The translations under genes and the position numbers were made by a program. DNA of 62,897 bases, counting the filler, from Bigelowiella natans CCMP2755 (lineage: Eukaryota; Protista; Cercozoa), in the NCBI GenBank assembly GCA_000320545.1. It is 7 parts of 7 records of this genome, joined end to end, with 100 filler letters (N's around TTAATTAATTAA, not from the genome) between each part and the next. Parts side by side here need not be neighbours in the genome. Positions count along the whole stretch, not along the records: positions 1 to 22,729 come from ADNK01000575.1; 6 more parts are not named here. One strand, given 5' to 3'. Under the pieces are notes generated by a model, which was not told the origin of the DNA, searched no databases, and saw only the letters and a program-made list of their open reading frames with translations. This document shows, piece by piece, positions 1-10,700 of this stretch (the stretch's first letter is position 1; every line of letters begins with the position of its first letter).

Positions 1-144
1 TTGCTCGTCGGCAGCTTTCCCCCCCATCTCATCCAACCACCAAGTTTTGACTACTATGCGAATGTGTTGCAGGGATGCTGCCAAAAGCACCGGCGACTAT
101 CTGGCCCCCAACAAATGACCGCGGGTTGTGAGAGACGACGTAAA

Positions 145-521
145 TCATCGGTGTTTTTGGCAGTAATAAGCCCTGTATTGTTCTCCGCATAGTGTCCCCC
201 TTGTTCTGATCAAAATCATTTCTCTATACTCATCTTCCTCTCCTAGGGTGCTTTCTCTCAATCCCACCCGCAAAATTGTCTGATAGGCTGCCATCTTCTT
301 CATGAAATCTGCTCCGCAATTTTTCGAGCTTCGGGGGACTTGGCATGCCTGCAAGGGCGGGGGGATGGTCATCTTCCTCCCTGACGCCTCGCTGGCGACG
401 TTGGTGGTGGAGATGGCGATGGCGATGGCGATGGCGATGATCGTTCTCTCTGTCCCTCTTGTACCTGTTGTTAACAACGAGAATTAGTATCCACTAAAAC
501 AACGAGAAAAACAATCAGAAT

Positions 522-593
<72 letters not shown>

Positions 594-2216
594 CTGCAAG
601 CGTGTAAGTGTGAAGTCGCTCGTTGGCATCAACATCTCGTGGTTTACTCAGTTCTGCGAGGATGAGAGAGAACGAAATAAACAGAGGGGGGGCTGCATGT
701 TGTTCGTACTCATTCCAATCATCAGCTTCTTCATAGCCATCTCGTCGTCCATGACCTGTTTCTCTATCACCCTTCCGCTCCCCATTTACCTTCTTCTTGG
801 GGCTCACAAGAGGCAGCATGGCTCTCCCCTTGATTCCCTCTCCCCCCCCCCCCTTTGCTTCTCCGCCTCCGTCTTTCCTCTCTCGCACTAAGGGGGGCAT
901 CTTCGTCTTCGCTATGGAACCACCGTCCTTAGTTTTGGGGGAGGGCACGTTTGAGACGACGGCGAAGCGCCGCTTGTGCGACAACCAACGCAGATGCAGG
1001 AATTCAGTGGTGCCGTTACTGGGTGGTGATGATGATGATGATGATGATGATGATGACGACGCTATTATCGGTCTGAATGGCAAGGACTTGGAGTCGATAT
1101 CGATCCGAATGGGTGTCGCGACGAAGCTAGCAATCGCTGTTAGCATTCGGGATAAACCTAATAGTAGTAGTCGCAGTAGTAGTAGTAGGAGGAGTCATAA
1201 TAGCAGCAGAGCTTTTCATGTTGTATGTGCATGTGCGTGCAATGGAATAATATATGTTTACATCGTCTTCTTCCCTATGTTCTCATTCAGTCGCAGCACC
1301 ATTGGGCAACAACGAAAAAATAGGTCGCTATTACCAAGCGAAGGCTGCGAATTGCGGATTCCTAGGTGTGCAAAGGCCTTACAATGGGCCTCGACTTCCG
1401 TGATCCCAACCGCAACATCTACGGCTGCTGCTGCTGCTATCGCCCCTTTCTTCGTTCCTCCCGCACTGCATGCTTTCGATCCTCCGTGCTATCGTCGCCG
1501 TTGTTGTTGTGGCCATCATCATTGCTCTTGGAATCCTGAGCGGCGTCTCCTTTGAGAATCAGCCCCTTAATGTACTCGGAAAAGACGTCCTTCGAGGTGG
1601 GTCTCCGCACGTAGTTCATGTCGCGCTTGATCTTGGCTAGATACTCCTTGTTTCCCATGATAGCCTTCTGAGCGAATAGCCTCAGGAATTGGTCGCCCAC
1701 ATCCAGTACAGAGTTGAAGTTGGGGCGGGGGTCGTTGTCATTGCTTCGCTGGCAGACTCTCTACGCAACAAACAGCATAATAGATCGATAAAGGCAGCAG
1801 CTAACACACGCATGATGACGACGATGACGCACTTTACGACGATGACGCACTTTCACACCCACTCGTAGAACAATCAATCTGAATTAACGACTGAAGCTAA
1901 CCACCACCTGGAAGTCCGATATGTACGCAGCGACATCAACTGCTTTCCCCTCCCTGCGTGCTTTGTTGCATGTGCCGAGAAGGAAGTGACCCACGGCCAC
2001 CGCGCCGAACAGTGAGGTGTCTCCAGGAATCTCCAAGCTCCAATCCTTCCCCAGCTCCTTGCCTATTGTAGCTGTAGTGACAGCACTGCCAGCTTTAGGC
2101 ACGTGCTACGAGGTGTGAAAGCGAAAGCAGAAAGATAAGAAGATCATTCTGGGTGAGTCCAATCTTCCACAGATTAGGAAGCAGTTGAAGTAGCAGCAGC
2201 AGCAGCAGCAGTAGTA

Positions 2217-2254
<38 letters not shown>

Positions 2255-2263
2255 TCACCAACA

Positions 2264-2305
<42 letters not shown>

Positions 2306-3111
2306 TTATCAGTCGCGGTTATATCGATGATTCTACTACTCGTCTTCTTGGTGTAGTTCTGCTGCCTACCACTCTCGCTTCTGCAGTTTCAAAGTTTTGG
2401 CTCTTCTCATCCTCATCACCCGCTCCTTCAGTTCTGTTTCCTTTATTATTTCTAATCCTGTTCTTCTCATCATTATTCTGCTGCTGCTGCTGCTGCTGCC
2501 GTGAAGCAGTATTTCCGCTTCCGGTTGAAGAGTTTGAGGTATTTTTTGAGCGGCCGAGATGCTTGATGTTGGCGGATTCGAATAGCACATTTGGCGTCCT
2601 GGGCAAGTTTTCATTGTCATATCAAAGGATCAAAGAAAAGGGAGAAAAGACAGGAGAATGGTTGCACAAAAGCTCTAAAATTGGTCTTCTTCGTCATGCA
2701 TGTGAAGGAAATACTATCATCCAAACATGATGATAAGGTGTGTAGTGATACGATGTGAAATAACCGTTTGCTGCCACAATCGAGTGTGTAGCTTTCGCTC
2801 TCGTAGTGAACACCCACAACACGAGCCTTCACGCCCTTATACAGGACCATATTCCCCTTTTTAAACTTCGGATCGACTCGAGTCGAAGTCTTTGCCTTAC
2901 CTGCTTTCACTGCCGATGATGATTTATTTTCTGCCCCTGCGCTGTTGTTGTTGCTGCTGCTGTCGCTTTTCTGTTCAGAAATCGGCGGCTTGTCTCTTCC
3001 ATCCCCTTCCGCTTGTTGGGCGAGCCGCAAACTGAGATCTTCCATACGCTTCAGAGCTATATGAAGGAAGTCTTGGACGCGGTCTATCGGGGCCAGTTGA
3101 TACTGCACAAA

Positions 3112-3202
<91 letters not shown>

Positions 3203-3722
3203 CGGGGGAGATGGAAAAGCGTTATGTTAGTCATCATGTACTAGTATATTATGTAGCCTAAAAGATGGGGATAGGCTAAATTGTCATTCGGTATTGGGAA
3301 ATGATTAGTTTTATCGCTCATTGCTTCAAGTACCCACCTTATTGCTCGCAATGATCTTCTTCTTTGAATTGGGGTGTGGTGAGGGGGGTGGGGATCCCTT
3401 TGGGACTGGCAGCAAACTCCCGCTTAAGTCATGAAGTAGCTCTCCGATAGTGGTTTGACATCGTGCGAAAGCTGGATTGCCGCCCTTTGAAAGGGGCGCT
3501 TGCCCCTTCTTTCTGATGCTATCTTCGAGCTGGAAAACCTTTGCGAACGAATCGATAACCCTGTGGAAACCTGAGCGGAGGGCGAGATCGGAAGGAGGAG
3601 GCGAACAATGCGTTAATAACGACCTGCTGCTTGCCCGTTAAGGTCGCAAACATGCGATTGGAGCTACCTTTCTCTCCCAGCGCCATCTTGAGTACCCTCC
3701 TCGATATGATTTCATCCTGCAT
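145..3722 (-). CDS. Multi-exon hypothetical protein with a Tudor/SH3-like segment and a degenerate OTU-like domain (ends uncertain)
   Basis: Minus-strand exons bounded by GT-AG and separated by microsatellite introns. Segments include KFKKGNMVLYKGVKARVVGVHYESESYTLD (about 2770-2870), WSLEIPGDTSLFGAVAV (about 1995-2045), FSEYIKGL, LTAIASFVATPIRIDID and FLHLRWLSHKRRFAVV, in the order of OTU motifs. Not all exon joins are resolved. Confidence 0.4.
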
Positions 3723-4134
3723 TTTGTCAAAACGCGGGTCCTCCACCACTTCCGTCGCTCCGTATACTGCTCAGATGGACGGGGCTCGAGCTTTCGGCCT
3801 TAAGGCGCGGTGTTTCTGGTTATATCTAGAAATATTTTTGGCCCGAAATTTACCTATGCTTTGGAACAAAAATGAGATTGACGCAAGTAAATAATTACAG
3901 CAGTAAAGCGAAGACAAGATTTAAGCTCCAAACAAGGATGGGTATTCTCAGCTTGGGAATCAAACCAGATCCGAGCATCGGAAGGTATGGGATCATCTAG
4001 GATGTTCTCGGCACGTTTTCTGCTCCATCGAGCATCGAGCCGATAGCCAGGATTAGACGAATGCGAAGGCAGGCCATTTTAGACAATGATGCACCGAATT
4101 TAGGGAATATCATGCAGAAATTGGCCTGAGGGGA

Positions 4135-4725
4135 ATGATCGGCTTAAGAGCAGTTCCGAACTCGCCAGTCATGCAACCCCCACCGACGACACTTGTGCTG
4201 GTGGCCACCCTCCTCGTGCACGTGGTTTCCAAACCGCTGCGATCGCTGCGTTGTTCGCGCGGAGATTCTCCTCGCTCCCTCGCGGCTGCAGCAACCATGT
4301 CGTCGAGACGAGCCTTCGTAAGTTCATAATCACCACACATGGGATGACGGGGTCTTGAGGCATGATGATGATACCGAACCAACCGACGTATTCCACGATA
4401 ACGACGCTGGTGGAGGATGATAGAATAATCAAGATTGGTGGCTTGTTTCCCTTGGTTTGTTTCTGATCAAAATTCTTTCCTCAGGCGGTGCTACCCCCCC
4501 CCGGCCTATCCAGTCCTTCGCAAAACAAAGGTTTCTTGCGAAGAGGCACATCATTCGATGTGAAGAAGAAGCCAATTATGGCACAAAGGTTTGCTACATC
4601 GCCGAATTTTCCAATCATGCTGTCATTTTTGTTATATCCCATTCGATAGAAAGTCAACGGTGACTTTCGATAACGATGATAAATTTAAGTGCGTATGCCT
4701 GCTGGAGATAAGAGAGAGAGAGAGA

Positions 4726-4761
<36 letters not shown>

Positions 4762-4953
4762 ACATCGACAAAACATTTGACCAGACATCCGCCCTAATTT
4801 CACATTGATGACATAGTGAACGCAGCGTGAGCGTGAGGTCGCAGCGACGGTCCAACAACGCTATACGCGATGACAAGTGGACAAAGCTTGTAGTGTGCCT
4901 CCTTATCGACTTCATCGGAATGTCTACGGTATCAGTATTATTATCATTATTAC

Positions 4954-4991
<38 letters not shown>

Positions 4992-5713
4992 GAATTTCGG
5001 AGCTTGCTTGCCGAACGGCTTCTGTGCCCAAACACTGCCATCATTTCTTTCCGCTCAAATGAAATCATCAAAATGCATTCGTCTTCAGAAGAGGCAAGGG
5101 AAACTCTACACGAAAATTTCATTTTCTTCAGATTCGTTATGAAGTCGTATTTGAATGAAGTGTTAAAATTCCTGATGTGAAATAGTATACGGTGCCGGCT
5201 CTAGGCGAGACAGCGGATGTTGGGTAGAAGCGCGTCTATCTACAAATATAATTTCTTTTTCATTTTCATAACTGTTACACGCACGTGCACCCTCTTTTCT
5301 CCAATCTCGCTAGATGTTTGGTTGGCTCATCATCTGCTTCTCATTTACGGGATGAACGTGACATGCGATAACAATGGTGTTGAATGACCAGATGGGCCCC
5401 AATTAGCGCAATACTTGTACAGTATCTTTTCGGGTAAGTAACTAGGCCGTAGAATGCATTAGGCACGCACATAGGCACACGCGAAAGCGATCCGAGTATG
5501 TATCATTCTTTCCCAAATTCAGCAACGGGCTTCTAACTTCGGTGTCCTTTCTAGAAGAGCTCCTTCCGGGTACGCATATGACGGCAACAACCGGCCGTTG
5601 CTCCCCATTGGGATTTAAAACAATATCTCTCTGTGTGTAGTCGCACGGCTACCTGCGCTCGGCATTCGTAGACTTTAACTACATTAAATAGAAAAAGAAA
5701 TATATTATATTTA

Positions 5714-5753
<40 letters not shown>

Positions 5754-6021
5754 AATATACAGGAACCGACATAATTCCTACCGCCACGATAGCATGGATC
5801 CTCGAGAACTCCGGTAGTGGTTATGATACTGATGACTATATCTGCATTCTCCATCTTATTTTTTGAGGTTCATCGATGATTGTTATCGCTGCATGCACGC
5901 ATGATACTTACGCAAGTATTCCGTTGTCTTTTCGTGCACAGAGGCAGGAGATAGACTAACCCAAAAAGTTGGAGGGATGGATGTAAAATCTAAGGCCTCT
6001 GCGACAAGAAAGGAGGACTAG
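4135..6021 (+). CDS. Small conserved-type multi-pass membrane protein with signal + transit-like leader (putative plastid-targeted)
   Basis: Short GT-AG exons splice in frame to KWTKLVVCLLIDFIGMSTYTVPALGETADVGWAPISAILVQYLFGNGLLTSVSFLEELLPGTDIIPTATIAWILENSE...KED*, stop at 6019-6021. The N-terminus has a hydrophobic stretch LVLVATLLVHVV followed by an R/S/A-rich segment. Confidence 0.7.
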
Positions 6022-7382
6022 CTGCGATACTCATTCAGTATGTGCGCCCCACATACATATACGTGTAAATAAACCCTTGGGAGAAAAGCGAAATTGATAA
6101 TAATAATTGTGTTAAAATGCTGGTGAGATGAGGTATGTCCTACTATAGACACAGGCCACATTTATGCGTTATATCTATTGTTCCTGCTAGAAATATGTCA
6201 TTAAATAAGATTTTATTCATCCCCCAGGCGATAAACTCTTGTCACAGCGAAATAAGCACGCTCTATACATTGAATTGCCAAATATCCAAGCAAATGTGTA
6301 TCATTTGCATGCGGAATGGGTGTTTCACACGCGTACATCTGGACATGCTCATTATTTGCAGCGCACATAACGATGCAACGATGCATTGTTGCACACAGCT
6401 TCATCAAATTGATGCATGTTGAGCTTTGGTCGCTAAAATCTACATGACAGCCTTGGGCGACGATGACGGGTTCCGCCAGCTCGGCCTTGTTAGCGCTTTA
6501 TCCACCCCGCACGCACAAGATCCAACATGAACTGTCATGAACGCAAACAGCTGTGTTAGTGAGCCATGGTCAAGCTGCTGTCCATGTCACCAACCATGCT
6601 AGCATGTCAGCCTCCAGATTGCGAATCCATTTTTTCACAGTCTGGAACTTGCTGCACTTCCAGACTTGCGCGTTCAAAAAATTCAAAATCGCCGATCCAT
6701 GCAACTGTTGCAGACATCACTGCAGCCATCATCATCACCACTGACCACAGCACACTGGCACATACAAGCACAGTGCGTGAACCAAACTCTAGAACTAGCA
6801 AATCCTTTGAAAGGGGGTCACAATGACTCCAATTCCATGCCAGCATTGTCATGGAAAACGTTTGCTAGTTTGGCACATTGGGATCGAGCAGAAGGGCCCA
6901 AAAATTTCCAAAAATGTCACGCCCAATGCATGTGGACAGAACACCATCACACAACGTGCACTGCGTGTCAAACAAAACAGCACATCATGACCCTTCGATT
7001 TGAGCCACATTGCAGCGCCACATGCCAGCATGCCAGCATGCTGGCATGGTCCGATTTGAATGAAAAGAATCTCCTCTGCAGGCTCTTTCTGGGGGGGATG
7101 GTTGGTAAATGTTCTGTCTAATTCATGGCGGAATGATCGGAAGGAATTCATGCATTGCAAAAACGTGCAATGGTGGCGAAAATTGGACAAAGTGAGCACT
7201 TTCCAGCATCTCCGGCCAACTTTGGCACACCTTGGCAATTTTTGAATTGCTTCTGCCATGCATCAGACTGAATGGATGGCATCCCCATGAAAGCCTTGCC
7301 GAGGCAGTTCTTTTCGACTGTGCAGCGAACAATCGAGACCACCGCACAGAAAATGCGGGGCATCAAAACGAGTGAACCAGTC

Positions 7383-7708
7383 TGTTGCGCGTAAGGTGTT
7401 CACAGGCCGAGGCGCTACGTGCACAAGTAGGCAGGGGGGGGGAAAGGCACGTTTGCTTCCTTTTGAAGAGTTGTGTTTATTTTTATTAAAGATTATATTT
7501 TTATTAAATCGTGCACTGCGTAATCATTCGCGAAGCTTTCGCGAATGCCGCCGCACGTGGGGCAGCACACTTCCGGTGTGCTGCCATGAGTCCCGCCGGA
7601 ACCCACGTGCCTATGCTGTATTAATATCTACGTTATCTATATTCTATATCCGCGACAACCCCTTTGTTGTCGCACGTGACTTGTGCCCGCGTAGTGGTAC
7701 GCGCTACA
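7383..7708 (-). repeat. 3' LTR (326 bp)
   Basis: Matches 12773-13098 base for base (offset 5390). Terminal inverted repeat TGTTGCGCGTA / TACGCGCTACA (10 of 11 match). Confidence 0.97.
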
Positions 7709-7716
7709 CCTCCCCC
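7709..7716 (-). promoter_or_regulatory. Polypurine tract (GGGGGAGG)
   Basis: Purine run directly abutting the 3' LTR on the coding strand. A further AAGG repeat lies just upstream. Confidence 0.8.
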
Positions 7717-7759
7717 AAGTCACGTTGCTCCTTCCTTCCTTCCTTATTCCCTTAGACCT

Positions 7760-10700
7760 TCATCGCTTTCGGAACTTCACCAACCACCAGGTAATAGATT
7801 CCTCTCTAACCTTATCTCCTTTGTCGCTTACCCAGAACTCACCTTCGTCCTTAGGTTCGTGTCCATACCAGCCCTCTGCATCAAGGTCCCCCAGGACCTT
7901 ATACCAGTGCTCAAAGGGTAAGTCGGGAACAGCTAGGTAGAGTAGCTGATATTTTCCGTCCTTTATTTTCATAGCTACCCTCTCCATATTTCGTAATCCA
8001 GGGTAGCCTAGATAGACAATCTTCATGCGCCAATCGTCGTTCACCCTGACCTTATTGTTTCCATATTCCACATCGAACTTAGGTCGGGGTCCTAAACAAG
8101 GCATTGCTCGCTCCCACACAGTAGGGTTTACTTTAACATCCTCTAGGAGCTTCTCACCGATATCATAATTCTTTAGGTGACTGATGTGGCGCAAGGTGAC
8201 CCTGTTCCCATCATAGATGTAGTACTGCTTCCTCCCCTTCCTCTCGGTAACCTTTGCAACGCCACCCCAGAAGGGGTCTTGTTTATTTCTCGATCTCAGA
8301 TTTACCTTGGCCCTAACATACTGTCCTTCCTTTAGAACTCGGCCATCGTACGGGACCTTCTCGTCTTCGCTCTCGGTATCGTCGTCGTTGTCGTCGCCTT
8401 CTTCCCTCTCCTTATCCTTGATACCTCCCCCAGACGTGAAGGTGTCGTTTACTAACCCTTGTATCTTGTCTGGTGTGGTGCTATTTATCCTGCTTAGGTT
8501 GGCCAAGGTGCGGTGGAGTCGCTCTACCTTGGAGTTGGACTGGGCATAGTATACAGGTGAGGCATCAATATTAGGGTGTGGTAGCTGTAGAAGAGAGGTC
8601 TCATTATCCACATGTAACTTCTTTGGTATCTTGTTTATGCTAACTTCATCAGGGATAGCCTGGAGCTCAGACTCCCAGGTACGGTAGCAGTTAGTAAGCC
8701 TCTGCTTATATAAGCCTTTGTTCTTCTTAGCAACGTTGACCTTGATAATCTTTTTAACCCAGCACTTTCCAGTGGCCACATCAACGAAGGTAAGGTAGTG
8801 ATAGCCATCGTACTTATAAACATCAATTTGCACGATATCTAAGAAGTTCCTTGCTTTGATTTTCTTAGATGCACGGCTCTTGCTGGACTCCTTGGTGGCG
8901 ACGCCTGCCGCCTTCAAGCTGGAGCACCTGCAGCCACGCAGGTATGTCCTTATCTCTTTTAGCTTGTAGGGCCAGTAGTAATGGTAGAGTAGAGCAGTGA
9001 TATGGTTTTCTCCTACGTGTGCAGGTCCATGGGCGGTAAAGAGAAGGGCTCCCCTGGTCCGCCGTGGCACGTAGGTACGCCTAACATTATTAGTGTATAC
9101 ATATATCCTATCACTAAGTACCTCATGCTTGTGTTTGTATTTATCCAGGTGTTCTTGAAGGTGCTGGAGCTCCTCTGGCTCAGGCAGGAAGTCGCCGTCC
9201 TCGAAGGTAATCGCGTTAACCATAGGGGTGACCTGGGTAGGGACTTTCTTTTCGAACAGCCTGCTGAAATAGTCAGCAAGCTGCTTGTCTCCTGGTGCGT
9301 AGACCACTGTCCTCTTGTCCCTAAACTCTTCCGTGTCCGCCCTCATAGCTGCATACTCATCGTTAGGCGCTTCGAGCTTGCGGTCGATGCCTAGGAGGGG
9401 CTTGTGGTCAGTCATTAAGGTGAAGCTGGGCACCGACAGCAGGTAGTGTCTTAGTTTCCTCTGCGCCTCAGTCATGGCTTTATACTCTCCTTTTGTAGGG
9501 CTGTACTTGGCCTCAGCTGCTGTGCAGGCCCTGCCCCACACCCGTATGATCTGCTGGTCTTGGGTAAGTACAGCAGCCATACCTAGCTTAGACCAGTCTG
9601 TCCATAGGGTAGCTGGTCTAGTAGTGTCTAGCTTAGCATTCAATAGGGTGTTGCTGCATAACTTTATTAGGTTATCGAAGTGGGCATCAAGGCCAGCCTT
9701 GGCCCACACCTTAGCGAAGCTGAGGCCTACAGAGTTCTCCTTCCGGTAAGCAGTAGTAAAAGCAGCTGCAGTCCTAGCGTAGGTAGGGGAGAACCTACGT
9801 AGTATCCAAGCTGCAGTCTGCAAGAATGACTTTAACTCCTTTGCATTCTTAGGTTTAGGGGCTTGCTGTAGTGCTGCTACTTTCTCGGGGTTTGGGGTGA
9901 TGCGGCCTTGCTCCAGGTAATATCCACACCACTTGATTCTTGTAGCTAGGAATGTACACTTCTGCAGTCTAATAGTAAAACCGAAGTGTGCAAACCTAAT
10001 AAATATATTTTCCAGGAGGAAGATCTGAGCGACGACTGTGTTGGTACATATTATGTCATCATCCACATACACAAACACAAACACCCACAACACAGACGCC
10101 ATCCCATCATGTGTGTATGCCCTGTAGTTCTGACTACTGAACGCATCCCCTGATATGCTTAGGCCGTAAGGGAATACGACGAAGTGCCACTTCCTGTGCC
10201 TGCTGGAGAACGCGGTAATGGGGCGGGAGGTTTTGTGGATGGGTGTCTGCATGTATGATTCATTTTTATCTAGGGAAGAGTAGTATTTGTATCCTATGAC
10301 GTGTTCAATAACGTCATCTATCCTTGGTGTAGGTGTCTGGATCCTCTTTATTACTCGGTTGTGGCGGATGAAGTTGTGCGCCAGGCGGAAGAAAGGGTAA
10401 GTAGGTTTCTTAGCTAGCACATGTCTCACGTTCCATGGTGAGTTGCTTGGCTCTATCTTCCCTTCCTTTGCCCATTCATTGATCTGCCACTCTATCTTTT
10501 CCCAGTCCGCTTCCGGTCGCCTATGTTCTGGGTCATTGATGATGCACTCTTCGTATCCCTTCTTTAGCTCGATCTTTACTGGGGTAAGCTTGCTGGAGGG
10601 CTTCGTCGTCGGCTTGGTGATGTCAGAGTACTTCTCGTTTAATATTTTATTAATGTACTTTTTGCCTTTGTCGATATCCCAATCATCAGCTGGGGGGGTC

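Noticed and set aside
1815-1853. Tandem 18-bp duplication ACGACGATGACGCACTTT
   Set aside because: Two copies in an intron; ordinary slippage, not a CRISPR-like array.
4727-4759. Long poly-G runs as G-quadruplex elements
   Set aside because: Common throughout introns here, and homopolymer lengths are unreliable.
7372-7755. Duplicated 127/129-aa ORFs (also 12756..13145)
   Set aside because: Antisense translation of the two LTRs with non-ATG starts and no coding evidence.
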